DNA from: Leucoraja ocellata | Lineage: Eukaryota | Length of the DNA stretch: 64,000 bases | Assembly (NCBI GenBank): GCA_036785375.1 | Contig: JAWMAR010000731.1 | Coordinates: 496,001-560,000 of the forward strand | Reading direction: 5' to 3' | Part shown: positions 13,301-28,300 of the stretch, one piece after another | Position numbering within the stretch: position 1 is the first letter of the stretch | How the letters are laid out: each line of letters opens with the position of its first letter | The notes under the pieces: model-generated | Told to the model about the DNA's origin: nothing | Databases searched by the model: none | What the model saw: the letters and a program-made list of their open reading frames with translations, nothing else | Position numbers and translations under genes: made by a program

Positions 13301-16300
13301 CAACACCATCATCTCATCCAAACATTATCAAACTCAGAAAACTGTGTCTCTGCTTATCCCTATATAATTGGATCCTTGACATCCTCACTGGCAGACCACC
13401 ATCACTATAAATTGGCAACAGCGCCTCTTTCTCCACAACAATCAGCACATAAACCCTTCAAGCCTGTGTGCTCAGTCCCCTGCTCTACTCTCTCTATATC
13501 CATGACTGGGTAACCAGACACAGCTTCAATGCCATCTTCAAATTCTCCGACAAAACCACCATTGGTGGACAATTGGCCTGAAGTGGTCTGAAGAAGTGTC
13601 TCGTCCCGAAAAGTCGCCTATAGATGCTGTCTCACCCGCTGAGTTTTCCAACATTTTTGTCTGCCTTCGATTTTCCAGCATCTGCAGTTTCTTCTTAAAC
13701 ATTGGTGGACAATTAATGGGTAATGATGAATCAGAGTATAGAAGTAGGATTGAAAACTTGATTGAATGGTACCAGAACAATAATTTTGCTCACAACATCA
13801 AGAAGACTAAAGAGCTGATTGTTGCCTTCAGCGGGGTAAAGACAAGGATCCGGGAACTGGTCTTCATTGATGGGATGGCAGTGGAGAGAGTCAAGTCAAG
13901 TTCCTGTGCATGCATATGTCTGAATATCTTTCCTGTGCCCAACACATTGATGCAATCACAAAGAAAGCTCATCAATGCCTCTACTTCCTCGGTTGATTAG
14001 TGAATGTATTCTCCACTGAGCTTCTACAGGTGTACCATAGGGAGCATAGAGACTGATTGCATCACGTACTGGTTCAGTATATTGAACACCCAGGAATGAA
14101 GGAGGTTAAAAGAGTGGTGCCAAGTCCATCAGAGATACTGACCTCCCAAGTATAGAAACTTGCTGCCTCAAAAAGATAGCCCATATCATCAAAGATCTAA
14201 ACCAGCCTGGCCACGTGCTCATTTCACTCCTACCATTTGGAAGAAGGTACTATATTATGACCACCAGATTCAAGAATACCTTCTTCCCAACAACCATCAG
14301 GCTACTCGACACTAACCTTAGCAACTATGAACCTTCATGGACTCTCTTTGTTTGCACTAAGGACTGCAGTTTCTATTTCGCCTAGTATTATGGCTATTAA
14401 TTCATTAAAAATTATATTATATATTAACTGTGTGTTTTATGTTTATGGGCCTGTTAAGCTGCTACACGCAAGAATTTTACTGTTACATTGTTCGTACAAA
14501 TGACAATTGCGTACTCTTGACTCTTGTCTTGACTAACTCTTTTATATGTCTAAGTCACACAAAAGTTTGTAGCTGGTAGAGTATGGTATGTTGTGATCAT
14601 TTTTCACATTCCCACTTCCAGCTATTACACTGACCTCATTGGAAATGGCTTTGCTGACCACTTCGATAAGTGCAGAGACAGATGATAGGCACAGACTCTT
14701 CCTTCAAGTCACAATCAATACTGAACAGTGCACTGTGATTGTTGTACAGATAGGCATTCACAATGACTAGAAGGGGAAGTTCATCCAATTAGTTGCTTGG
14801 AAGCCTGACAGCCGCACTGTTACTCTCACACTTTATGGCTGTAAACCCTGGATTTACAAAAAGGGTCACTGATCAGATTATAATCAATTATATTTTCTAG
14901 CATCAATGCTTTCCTACTTCATCATGAGTTAATTAGGGGGCATCGTTTCATTTAATTCTAACAGTATCAGTGGTGTTTAGATCTTGAAGAATATCAGAAG
15001 ACCAGCAGATAGCATGGACTGAGCTTCGTGGGGATTCACATGTGCTGTGGGGTCCATACCTGCTATCAGAGATGTATACTAAATCTTGTTTAAAAAATCT
15101 TATAACTGTCACTGGACTGTCATTGGGACAAATTTCCTGTGAAAATGGAGAGGTATTTCAATGCAGATGAATAGAGCTTATTGGGAATTCATGAGGACAA
15201 TTTTGCCTGTGCACACAGCAGCATGAAATCAGTGTCGATAATTTAAGTTCTGTGGTAATGAACTGAAGAAAAAAAAGATCAAAAGGACAGACAAAAAGTG
15301 CTGGAGTAACTCAGCAGGTCAGGCAGCATCTCTGGAAACATAGATGGGTGAAGTTTCGAATCGAGAACTTCAGTCTGATGAAGGGTCTCGACCCGAAACG
15401 TCACCCATTCCTTCTCTCCAGAGATGCTGCCTATCCCATTGAGGTACTCCAACATTTTGTGTCTACCTTCAATTTAAACCAGCATCTGCAGTTCTTTCCT
15501 CCACATCTAACCAAAGAATGTTAGTTAAAAGAATTTATAACATAAATGAACAAAAATAGCATTGAATTGCACTTTTCACCTTTGATTTCTGGACTTGCTA
15601 AAATATAGTAGATCAACCTGCATACTAATTATATCTTTACCATCGTGGATCAAGGGGCATAGTTGCTTTGCTGCTACCCATCATGAAAGAGGGAAATATA
15701 AAATTACAAACAAAATATACCAACTGAATTTCAAGGCTTCTAATTAGACCAAACTGAAGTAGGTAGGGACATGCACATATACACTGTAAATGGATAGATT
15801 GTAATCATGTATTGTTTTTCTATTGACTGGTTAGCACGCAACAAAAGCTTTTCACTGTACATCGGTACATGTAACAATAAACTAAACTGAACAGAACAAT
15901 CAGTAAAGGGGAAGATGTTGAAACACAAGAGGAAGTTGGCATCCATGGTCTGGAAATTTCTCAAGGAGAAATCAAGTAACAAAGGAGGAGAAATTAATCT
16001 TTAGTGATCCAGTCTAAACATATACAATACTAACTGCTGCCTGCTGGACTCACATTCACAAAACCAAATATGCAACTAGCAATCAATGTTCTGCTTTATA
16101 TCTAGCGCTAGCGACCAAAATCAATTGTTTTTTCATCATCCATGAGTCAAATGATAAAGGACTCCTGCACAATCCTTGTTCAGCTGATGTTTCACAGAGA
16201 GCAGGCAGAATATTTGTTATCAACAGTAAAAGACGGCTTCAAGTCGACGGTATCAATAATTTTAAGAGGGATGCAGGCATTTAACTGGAGAACTAACTAA

Positions 16301-19300
16301 GGAACATGGTTATTGCATGGTGTGTTTTGTTTATGAATTCAGCCTCTGAGATAGATGAAGATGTCGTTTAATGTTCCCAGGGTGTGATGTCAGTTACAGT
16401 TTTTTGTATATTACAGTTTTTTCGATTATCGATAATTCGCTGTATTTTTTGCTAATAGTTTCTGGCTAGTGGAGAAAAATTGTAAATGCCCTATGACATC
16501 CATGAATTAGATGTTGCACGTAGAGGTGAATTTACCACTAGCCTTGTCCCAGTCCTATGATTATGCCAGTTCTGTGGACATGGTTCGCTTGAACTTCTTG
16601 CTATGGATGTGGAGAAATGGATCGCAAATCGAAGATTCTAATATTATGAGGCACAGGATGTAGGAAGGAATGTCCAGGAATGTTCTAGTATGCTGGAAGA
16701 TCAGCTCCTATAAATATCACCACTTCGGTTGTTTGTGTGCGTTATGGCATAACTTTATCTTAACTAATTAAATAATTGCTAGACAGCAGAGTTATCTCTC
16801 AGATTGAAGATTAAATACAGGAAAGCAATCGAGCTACAAGAATAAAATGGATAGAGCTTCTGGGTGAAGAGAGCTAGGGCTGGTGAACATGGTGCAGCAA
16901 GTCTGAAACGCATGTGCAGTAGTGGCACCTGGAGAGACACACGGATGGCACCTTGAATAAGTAAATATCATCATGTTTTGCCAAATAAGATGGTATCTGT
17001 TGTATACCCAGTAAGAAAACGCAGACAGCTGCGTTTGAGAATGCTGCAACTGGAAATTGGTGCAGTGTATCTCTTCATCATTTGTTTCCACCAGCTGTAT
17101 CGGTATATTCAAAGTGGTGGCAGCATGAGGAAACACAATAAAATAATCATATCTCCCTAAAAGTTTTACCCAAGGAGGCGTCCTTTAATCGCTAACATGT
17201 GGCTTCAGATTGTTTCTCTTGTATTTCGTTTCAAGATACAGGGAAAATGGAACACACCAATGGAATACATATTAGTTTGGCTAATCCCTGCTCCCTTTGA
17301 GCCAAAATGAAGCTGACAGTAATCACAAAATCTGCAGGGGTCTGATCATATTTCCAGACTGTTGAGCCTCTCAAACAGCACACTTGAATCTATGGCTTGC
17401 ACATTACAATTCATTACAATGGGGATGGGTTGCAAAAACGAATTAAGATTTCATGAAACTTAAATTTTAATTGTCATAACATCCTGCTTTGGACCAAAGG
17501 TCTATCAGTCCCATCCCAATGTTTAACCTATATAGGTTTTTTTCCTTTGAAGTATTTGACTTTCTTAAATTTACTTTTGCATCTGTTTCCAACCATTTTT
17601 CAAACAGGTATTCTGATCAAGAAATCTTAATGCAGACACTTTTTTGTCTCATGTTCTCTTGCCATTGTTAATCAATTTATACATTTGTCATGCGAGCCTC
17701 CTGTCAGTAGAAATAATTTCTCCTTTACCAAGCCATTCATAATCTTGACTACTTCTTTTTGCACTTCTAGCCAACCTTTCCCGCTCAAAAGGAAATATCA
17801 GTTTAACTTATTTATTTGAACAACTGAGGTCTCTCATCACTACTTGAAAATATTAATACTATCATGCAATCAAATTTTGTGAAAGGCTAGTCGGTTCTGA
17901 CTATTCTCCCTTACCAATTGGATATAAATTTTCACTAAAGCCTTTTACGGAATGATCGCTAGTTCAATAGACAAATTTCTGGATACAATTAATATATGGA
18001 GGAAGGACATTCCAAGATTAATAAGGTACTCTCCACTAAATTGTTCATAGGATTTGGAATTTTCTATCACAAATGAAGCTTATTGCTAATGAACTGCACA
18101 TGCTGTTCAGATGGTAATGAGAAATAGAAAACAATGATGGGAATGGAGAGCACACACAAGATTCTGATTGGAAACTGGCTTCAAAACTCCCAGAAGAGAG
18201 AGAGGAAAAGAGAGGGGGCTGGATAGGAGAAAAAGAGAGAGAAAAGAGGAAAACCAGAGAAAAGAAGGAAAAGACTACATACATCCTGTGATCTGTTTGG
18301 TGGATGTCTGTGTCTTGGACTGTGTCTGTCACTCCACGAAGGACCCTTGTGTCCATTCTCTCTGGGAGTCACTGATCTGTTGCGTCGGCCTTGCAGAGGA
18401 GATTGACTGGGTTCGTTTGTGTCATTCTTGGGCTGCCTGGAAATAGCACTGCGTTTGCTTTTGGAATGTGATGTTCTACGCTCTGAAGATGGGCTGTGGG
18501 AACTGGAAAACAAATAAAAGCAAGTGGCTGATTAAGTGTAACCAATAATCTCTTTGCTGAGTTCCAACATTGGTCAGTGGGTGAACTTTGATTAGTTTTT
18601 AGTCAATGAAGAATAGAAAGCTTGTAATATACTGTTGCACACAGTGCATTTGCGAATACAATTCAAGTACATTGATGACCATGCTCCAGCCTCAATCACT
18701 CCACACAGCTTGCTTCATTGTAGTACCACCTAATCAGAAGGCTATTAAACTTCACCCTTAACCTGTCATGCCACTGTTAAATTTAAAAAAAGTTAATGTG
18801 GCACAATCTGGCACTTGCACATTAGGTATTTGTTGATAGTTTATTTTCTCCTATGCTTGATGAACTTAAGCCCAAATAATATTGTGATCAAATAATTAAC
18901 TAAATGCAGATAAATCATCCATGGCATTGCTGTTTTATCAACAATACTTGGGGAAGTATTACAGCAAGAAAGCATTAACTTATAGAAAATGGGTATTATA
19001 AGCAAGGCATCTTAATGTTGTGAATTTTGCCAGTAACTTCACATAAATATCCATGTTTTGGAATTTGATATTTAAATTGTGATATTAAATATTTTTTGTG
19101 TCTTTACCAATTAAACATTTTTTTAAAATTACAATGTCAGGAATAATCAAAAACAATCAATGGCCTTGGTGGCTTTTAAGCTTTGAGTGAGTGGTATAGA
19201 TGGCAATAGTGAAGCCAAGCAGCATTGTGCCCCAGATGCGCCTTCTATTAAGGGCATTGCCAAAAGTTCAGAGGGATTTTTTAAATGGAGGTGGTTCCAG

Positions 19301-22300
19301 ATATCACTGGAATGAGTTGCTGCAGCTTAGGACCTAACTGTTTGGCTCCAGGACCTTGGTGCTGGTGTGATTGCCTTTCAATTTGCCTTCAGATCAATAG
19401 GCTTACAGGCAGCAGGTTGTGAAGTGGAATCCAGGCCTGTGTATCAGTAAATAGACACAAAAAGCTGGAGTAACTCAGCGGGACAGGCAGTATCTCTGGA
19501 GAGAAGGAATGGGTGACGTTTTGGGTCGAGACCCTTCTACAGAAGATCATCTTCTCCAGTATTGTTGACAGGTTTTAAGACCTGCATGTTAATAGAAAGG
19601 ATACATGGACGCAATGCAAATCTGACGTGAAAGCTTGGGGAAAACATTTAATTTAGATCGCTATTGAAAGTATAGGCTGGCAGCCGTACTTTATCTTTAT
19701 GTTCTATGCCAATTTAGAATCGTTGGTCTAGAGATGAGTACATCTGTTAAAACTGCCCTTGCTACACATGATGAAATAAATGGTCAGATAGGATCAAATG
19801 GAAAGCAAAATGACCTGGGTGCCGACATAGCCTATACACATTTTAGATAGATACATTTTGTCCTTTTTCACACTCTGTTGTTATTTATTTATGAAATCAT
19901 GGTAATATATTAATATATTAATAGGCATATTAAAAAAAATAATAAATGTGTGTTAATCAGTTTTAACTATTATGTTAAGGAACAAAGCAATGATTTCTGA
20001 AGAAGGGTTTTGGCCCGAAACGTTGCCTATTTCATTCGTTCCATAGATGCTGCTGCACCTGCTGAGTTTCTTCAGCTTTTTTGTGTACCTTCGATTCTCC
20101 AGCATCTGCAGTTCCTTCTTAAACATAAAGCAATAATAATGTCTCTCTCCCTCCTCCTTCTTTTCTTGATTCCTCACACTTTCTATCTTTTGTCTGTATC
20201 TTTCTTACTCTTCATCCCCATTTTAATCATTCTCAGAACGCATTTACCCATTGCAGCAATCTGCTCTCTAGGTGGGCTGTAATATAAAGTGCCAAATCAC
20301 TAAACTTCCAGTGTTTCATAAAACAGAATTGGGTGTTACATATTATTTATTCTGTTGCAAGTTTTAGATGTTTAACAGATGGGAGTTACAAATTAAGAAT
20401 ACTGTAGTAATTTAATCTCATTTTGACTAGGATCATGAAATCGGCAGTATGGAACCTTTGAAAGCACTGCTGAATATCTAATTCTATTAACTGCTGGGTG
20501 CTGCATTGAACAGATGGCCTTTGTGATAAAACTTGTAACGTACTGCAGAACACGAGTAATATCTAACCTAAATTAGAAAAGCTCCCATTCTAATTATGAA
20601 TGGGGATAGGTAATGATGGTAAAGTTAACATTGGGGAATTAGGTTTACAGACTGGAAGTCAGAATTTGTATAATAACATAACACCTAGTCTGTTAATATT
20701 CAGCTGAATCTGTGGCATGTAATACTGACCTGCTTAGAGATTTGGAGGAGCTGCGTATGGACGATGCAGACACACTGCGGGAGCTGCAACAGCTTCGTGC
20801 TTTGTGCGCTTTCCGTGGTGGTGACTCACTGGGTGACCTGTTGAGGAAAAGAGGCTTGCATGAGAAATAGACCACACTGAGCAATGTCATTCCTGAGGAT
20901 GTTATCAGCAGCGGATATTTCAGTATAATATAGAATAAGTAAAGAGTATCATTAGCAGACAATCAGAAAACAGCCCTTCAAGCAGAATCTACCTTTCAAT
21001 TAAATCACGACTGATTACTTAATGTATCACAGCATTTCATTATTATTTATAATGTGTAAAAAAAAATTCTATTAATTACACAAAAAACCCCATTCTTTAT
21101 GTTATGAGTACAGAATGCAAGAATTTAGGCCACATTTCCTTAAGTTAGGAAGATTAAAGCATAAATATTTCCTCTGGTTGAAGAATTTAGAATAAATACA
21201 CGACTTTATGAATCAGGCGAGATGTCAGGAGGTATTTCACAATAAGAATATTACAAATGGAAATTTCTCCTCAAAAAGCTGCTGCTAATTCATAAATCTT
21301 ACAATTTTTCTATTCAAAGGTACTCAAAACCTATCTGATCACTTGTTCATAAACCTCTTTTGTGATTTAGTATTACATTAGTTTTATAAGACATCTGCAA
21401 AATGCTTTGAGATGTTTCACAACATTGAAGGGCCTGTCCCACTTATGTGTCCTTGGCAAGCAAATTACGTGACCTCGTGGTCACGTTGAGGCGTACGGGC
21501 ATCGTATGGCCGTGCGGGGCCGGTCCCACTGAGAACCATGGAGGGGTATGTAGTTGTGCGCGACATCGTGCGGGGCTCTGAAATTTTTGTAGCGAACAAA
21601 ATCTTCGCGCGCCAACGGCCTGTGGCGTAACTGACAGCCAATGTGGGACAGGCCCAAGACCCTGGCGCGACGCAACGTCTCACCTTCAACAGCAGCAGAA
21701 GCAGGCAAACGATCGCCGAGCTCGGCCTAGGGCTCACGGCCGTTGCGGTCCGGATCCGCCCCCACTTCTACTCCCAGAGCGGGGCCAAGAAAATTGAAGA
21801 TGGACACAAAATTGTGGCGTAACTCAGCGGGACCGGCAGCATCTCTGGAGAGAAGGAATGGATGACGTTTCAGGTCAAGACACTTCTTTCAGACTGAAGA
21901 AGAGTCTCGACACGAAACGTCACCCATTGCTTCTCTCCAGAGATGCTGCCGGTCCCGTTGAGTTACTCCGGAAATTTGTGTCCGTCTTCAAATTACGTCA
22001 CGCTCTCCAGACGGCTGTGCGGGCGAATGACGTTGCGCGCGACCTTCGCGGGACCGTCGCGCCTCAATGCGACCATGAGGTCGCGTAATTAGCGTGCCAA
22101 GGACACGTAAGTGGGACAGGGGCTTAACGGTATTAAAGCAAATAGTAGTTGTCTAATCATTACGCTTATGAACACTGAACTCCATCTGCCAGTTGCCTCA
22201 ACCATACATTTAGGATTATTGTGCATTGACTATTTGTATTATTGTGCATTGGGTTGGTCTTATTTACAAATCTGAACACTTAGAAGCGTGTCTTTCTTTA

Positions 22301-25300
22301 TGATGATTAAAAAACAGCTGATAATCCGTATGAAACTGCATGAGGAACCTGAATTCACAATAACATCTCCGCTGTAGCCATCTCTCATTCATTGTTCCAA
22401 ACAAAGGACTTTCCACAGATCCTGCCTGAGCTGCTGGGTGCTTCCAGCTTTTTATTCCCACTCACACAATTTCTGTTAAATGGTACAATGTAAAACCCAG
22501 ATGGATTCCCATAGATCCTTCATAGATAAAAGAAATATAGGTGACCTAACATTTCTGCATGTCTGCCCTAATTCTCACCATTGGCAAATTACTATCTCTT
22601 GCTTCTGGTATGCTTTACAGCTACTACATTTTTTGCCTAATCTTCCTTTTAATTGTCTAAAATGGAACAGATATATCGGAAAACAACTTACTGGTTGTTA
22701 CCCCACTGCATCAAATATCAACGGAGACCAAGATCCAAAGCAGTTACAACCAACAAGGTATTGCACGTTCCACATGGGGGGTCTTCTATCAGGGTCACTG
22801 ACCTTTCATCTTATGAAGGTACAAAGGAACTGAAGCTACTTTGTGTATACTCTAATGCTCAATAAGTTTGGCTTGTGTCCCTCATTAATTCTATCCTTTG
22901 CATTTTCCTACTTTTCAAAATTAACCAAAATGTAATAATCTCTTTCTTGAACATACATGACCGAGCTCATGGTCATGAGCCTTTGGGATAGAGAATTCCA
23001 AAAAATATCAATTCATTTGAGGTGAACAATTCCTCCTAATCGAAGTCCTAAATATCAGATTTTAATGAATGATTATTGGCCTGAAACACTTGCACTATTT
23101 TCTCTTAACGTATAAACTCTCAATGAATATGATTATGGTACATCAAGGTGTTCTTGAGTTGCTGATTCAAGGATAAGTGTTGGCTATACTACAGAGAATG
23201 TGATTGTGGAACTAAAGGTAGCCCTTGTAAATTGGCCATGGATCTGGAACATTATCAACTCCAACCTGATTTCATACATTATTAATTCAACTGGAGGCAC
23301 AAGCTACATTTTGCAGTTGGTGGGAGCAATAAACAAAATGCCAATTAGAACATAAATGCCTAATCTCTTGGGATTCATTTTAATTAATCACTGATTTGGA
23401 AAAATATTATTATACTGCAATGGATTAATAAAAAATATGTAGTGAGTCAGGAAGGCAGTCGAATGCTTGTGCACAAAACTGTGACTAACCTGAAAAAGGT
23501 TGGTCATACAAATATACAGATCAGAATTTATTTTTGTAGCTTTTAAATTATACGTTAATATGTGAATTGTTTAGTGGATTGGACAAGACAACTATTTACC
23601 AGTACAGAATAAATGCGTTCATTCCGTTCACTCCACTGTTATGCTGCAATATTTTTAGGTTTAGTACATTATTGTGGCTGTTGTGAAATCTGTCTCACAC
23701 ATTAACTAGTAAAATGGGATTATTAAAGTAATAAATACTGCAGTAATTATTCCAAGTTTATTCATTAGTGTGCTTAACGCCCTACAAGTTTTTAAGTGAT
23801 GTCAAACGGGTGAAAAACTTTTTAAACATAGGAAAAGAGTAGACCATTCAACACCTTGAACATGTTTCATTATTCATTAGATTGCAGTTGATTGGCACCT
23901 TCATTTATTTCCCATGGTTTCACATTACTTAATGCCTTGCTAACATAAATCTCCAGTCTTATCAAATTTTAATTGATCTATCCTCAACAGCGTCATGAAG
24001 GACAGAGTTCCAGATTTTCATTACCATTTAGACAAAGAGGTGCTGTCTAAAATTACCCATTCTATACGAGAAAGGCATAGTTCTAATTTCACCCACGGAT
24101 GTAACCTCTCCTACCAGAGGAAATACTTTCTCGACGTCTAATGAAAATATTTGATCATCTTTTAAACAACTCGATTATATACGCTCTTAATTAATTTCAT
24201 ATGAGAAATACAAGCCGAGCCTAGGAAATCTGTTACCATAATTTTCAAGGATTAGGACTGATGCTATTTGAATGTATAAACACTACATGTCCTTCAAGGC
24301 TAATATATCCTTACTGAAAATCAGTGTTCAGAACTAAATGTAGTAGTACTCTAGATAGTATTTGTAGATAGAATTTGTATGCCTCTTCTTTCTGACACAC
24401 CCACTCTATAACAGGCCTACTCATTTGTCCTTTCCTCCTGTCCTTTATTTCTCTAAAAAGCTACTGATCTCCAACGTGTCACAGTTTTGACAAAATACTT
24501 GATTTTAATAGGCATTGAACAAGTTTACCAGATTGCTGATTGGATTAGAGGGGATTAGTTATAGCGGAGGCTGGACACCCTTGGAATGTTTTCTCTGGAA
24601 CATCAGAGGTTGAGGGATATCTGATAGAGGAATAAAAATTCCGAGAGGCATTGATAGGGTAGACTGTCAGAACAAAAGACTAGAAGACTTAGCTTTAAGG
24701 TAAGTCAGAGGGGGAAATGTAAAGGTGTGGCAGTTAAAAGATGTTTAGACAGGCACACAGAAAGGCATAAAATGGAGAGATGTGGATCATGTATAGGGAG
24801 AGATTAGTTTAAATTGAGATCATATTTGGCACAGACATTGTGGGCCAAAGGGCCTGTTCCAGGGCAGTACTGATCTGTGTTCTGTGTGTGCAGGCCTTCA
24901 ACCTGAAATATTATCTCTGATCTCTTGATCACCGATGCAATTTGACCTGCTGAGTATTTACCTTTTTTTCTGTTATTTTATGGTGGATACGTACCCAACC
25001 CTAATGTAAAGTAACACTGCAAATAATTTTACAGACTAAATGGGAACGCCATGTACTTTCCCTGTGCAACTTAAACTATAAACATGCGGTACATTTTAAA
25101 TCGACATAAATTGAACTATAGCAAAAAATCACCGCAAAATGGAAAGTTAACAAACAAAGTGTAATATAAAAGAAAACAGAATGACGGAAGATCTCAGAAT
25201 GCAGTAATGAGTCAAGCAGCTCCTGCAGAGGCAAAACATGGAATTTGACATTTAGGGTCGGGACTGCATCAAGATTGAGAGGGAATAAAAAAAGTTTTCA

Positions 25301-28300
25301 GGAAATAACAGCGCAAAGTGAGGTGGGACAGAGGGGCGATCAAAGTGAGGTGGGTGATAGGTGCAACCATTGGTTCATGGGAGGGGATGAGGTGGGGCGA
25401 GGTGAGGAGACACCTAGAAGGACAGGTGAGTGTGTGTGGAAGGAGAACACTGGGGTGCTGGTGTGTGGTGTAGGTTTGGAAATTAGAACAATTATTTTTC
25501 ATTCCATTGCATTGTAAACTACCAGGCAGAATATGAGTGGTGTTCCCCAAAGTTACAGCTTTTGGTGGCATGGCAAGCCAACATTTCCACTCCCACACTG
25601 AACTGTCTGCCCTTGGACTTCTCCATTGCTAAGGTCAGGCCAACATCCTCATTGGCCTCTATCCCATCTGCCCTCGCACTCCTATTTATTGGAAATCTTT
25701 CCGATCCCCTCTCAATCCTGATGCAGGATCTCAACCCAAAACATTGACCCACTGAGACCATCTGCCATTCTAATTTATGTTCTAGATTCCAGCATCTGCA
25801 GTGTCTTTTGTCTTTAAACACGAAAGCATTGAGCACTATGCTTTATGCTGGTGTCCAATTAGGCTATCTGTTATTTTGGTTTTGGTTACGTAAATCATTT
25901 TGGTTATGCAAATAATTTGAATCCAACATGAAAGAGAAAAAGTAGCATTTACAACAGGCAAATAAGCAGGTGGAACCTATTCTAGGTAACAAATACATTG
26001 TGATGGTGGGCAATAACATTCGCAATTCCTTTGTGTACTTGCGTCCAATTTGTCAGGAAAGAACTTTATTCAGTTGGTCAATTTTAGGTAACCATTTGAT
26101 ATATTTGATTAGAATAGTTTCTTGAATTTTTATTATTATGCATTTATTCAACATTTTAAATTAGGCATTAGAACTATAGAAATGAAAAGAAAAAGAGAAA
26201 AGCTAAAAAGACAAATGTGGGAAACTGAGCTCCACAGGGCTGTGTAATTAGATTATTTGGCATTATCATGAACTCTGCGCCAAACTCTTATAAGATTATA
26301 TGAATAAGAATCACCATGGACCAACATCTAGCATTCAGGCCATCTCTGTGAGCAAGAAGCAGCTTATATCAAAGGCTGAATCCTGAGCCGCTAGGATAAT
26401 CATTAATAATTTAAACATACCGCCTTCTTTGTTTGCTTCTGTCTTTGCGTTTGGTTTTAGGGCTTGTAGACCTACGGAGAAAATTAATAAATAAAAATCA
26501 GGGGAGTAAAATTATATAACCCAATATGTGTGTAGACTTCCTTAGGAGTACTTTAGATTGCAGACTTCCTTCAGAGCAGATTTCAACAGTATGTGTGGTT
26601 AAAATACCTCCCCCCCCCCCCCCCCCCAAGAGAATAATACTGCTACTCATTATAATAAAAATGTGGCAAAATTTGATGAACAATATACTTTACCACAATT
26701 TCCTTGCAACACCTGCATGAAGTACTTCCAGGTCAAAGGGGAGTTGCTTCCATTCATGAGATGCAGCATTAAATTTCATGAATGGAACAATTCTATTAGA
26801 CAACAATTTTAATTGGATTCATGACCACCCATTATGATGGACATTTACCATTTAAATTGCGACATAATTCACGCAATTAAGATATTCAAGAAGGTATAAT
26901 CTTTATTTATTCTTGCTTGATATTTACGGTAAGTAGTTATTGGACTAAAACCTGGGTGCAGAAAATGTTGGGGCAGGAACAATCGGGGTTTGCTGAAGAC
27001 AGTACCAACATGTTTTTGTATAAAACTATTTCTGAACTTCTGAAACGTATGGCTTTAATTTACTGGGTATGTCACCTAATGTCAGAGTCCCCTAATACTT
27101 TGGAAATCAAATCAATTCCTACAGAAGAGGTCATAGAGGAAACGGACAATCGTTTAGGATAGCTAAATATAATTAAACCTAGTCACAACATGATTTTAAA
27201 AGGTAAATTATGTTTGGCAAATCTACTTGAATTCTTTGAGGACATAACAGGGAGTTGATGGAGGGGAACATGTAGCTTTAGTGTAAATTCACAAAGGGCA
27301 TTTGACAAGATGCCACATAAAGGCTTGTGCATAAATTAAAGGCCCATAGAACCAGAGAATGTGTGTTAGAAAGGACTGTAAACTGGCTGTCTCATAGAAA
27401 ACAGAGATAGGCCCAAAATGCTGGGGTTACTCAGCGAGACTAGGCAGCATCTCTGGAGAGAAGGAATGAGTGACGTTTCAAGTCAAGACCCTTCTTCAGT
27501 CTGGCAGGTAGTGACTAGTGGGGTGCGGCAAGGCTCGGTGCTGGAACACCAGTTATTTTACAAGATATAATAACGATTTAGTCGATGGAATTAAATGGAA
27601 AAAGATGGAACAGCTCCAAGTTTACGAATGACACAAAGCTGTGTGAGCTGCAAGGAGAATGCTATGAGGCTGCAGGGTGACTTGGATAGGATGAGTGAGT
27701 GGGCAGATGCATGGCAGATGAAAATAATGTGGATAAATGTGAGGTAAATGGGTATGCTTGTACATCAGTCACTGAATGCAAGCATGCAGGTACAGCAGGC
27801 AGTGAAGAAAGCTAATGGCATGTTGGCCTTTATTGCGAGAGGATTTGAGTTTAGGAGCAAGGAGGTCCTACTGCAGTTGGACAGGGCCCTGGTGAGACTG
27901 CACATGAAGTATTGTGTGCAATTTGGGTCTCCTAATTTGAGGCAGGACATTATTGCTATTGAGGGAGTGCAGCATATTTTCACCAAGTTAATTCCTGCGA
28001 TGGCAGGACTGACATAGGATGAAATAATAGGTCGACTGGGCTTGTATTCACTAGAATTTAAAAGGATGAGAGGCAATCTTATAGAAACATATAACATTCT
28101 TAAAGGATTGGATAGGCTGGATGCAGGAAACAAATTCCCAATGTAGGGGGGAGTGCAGAACCAGGGGTCACAGTTTAAGAAGAAGGGGTAGGCCATTTAG
28201 GACTAAGATGAGGAAAAACTTTTCACCCAGAGAGTTGTGAATCTGTGGAATTTACTGCCACAGAAGAGAGTGGAGGCCAATTCATTGGATGCTTTCAAGA

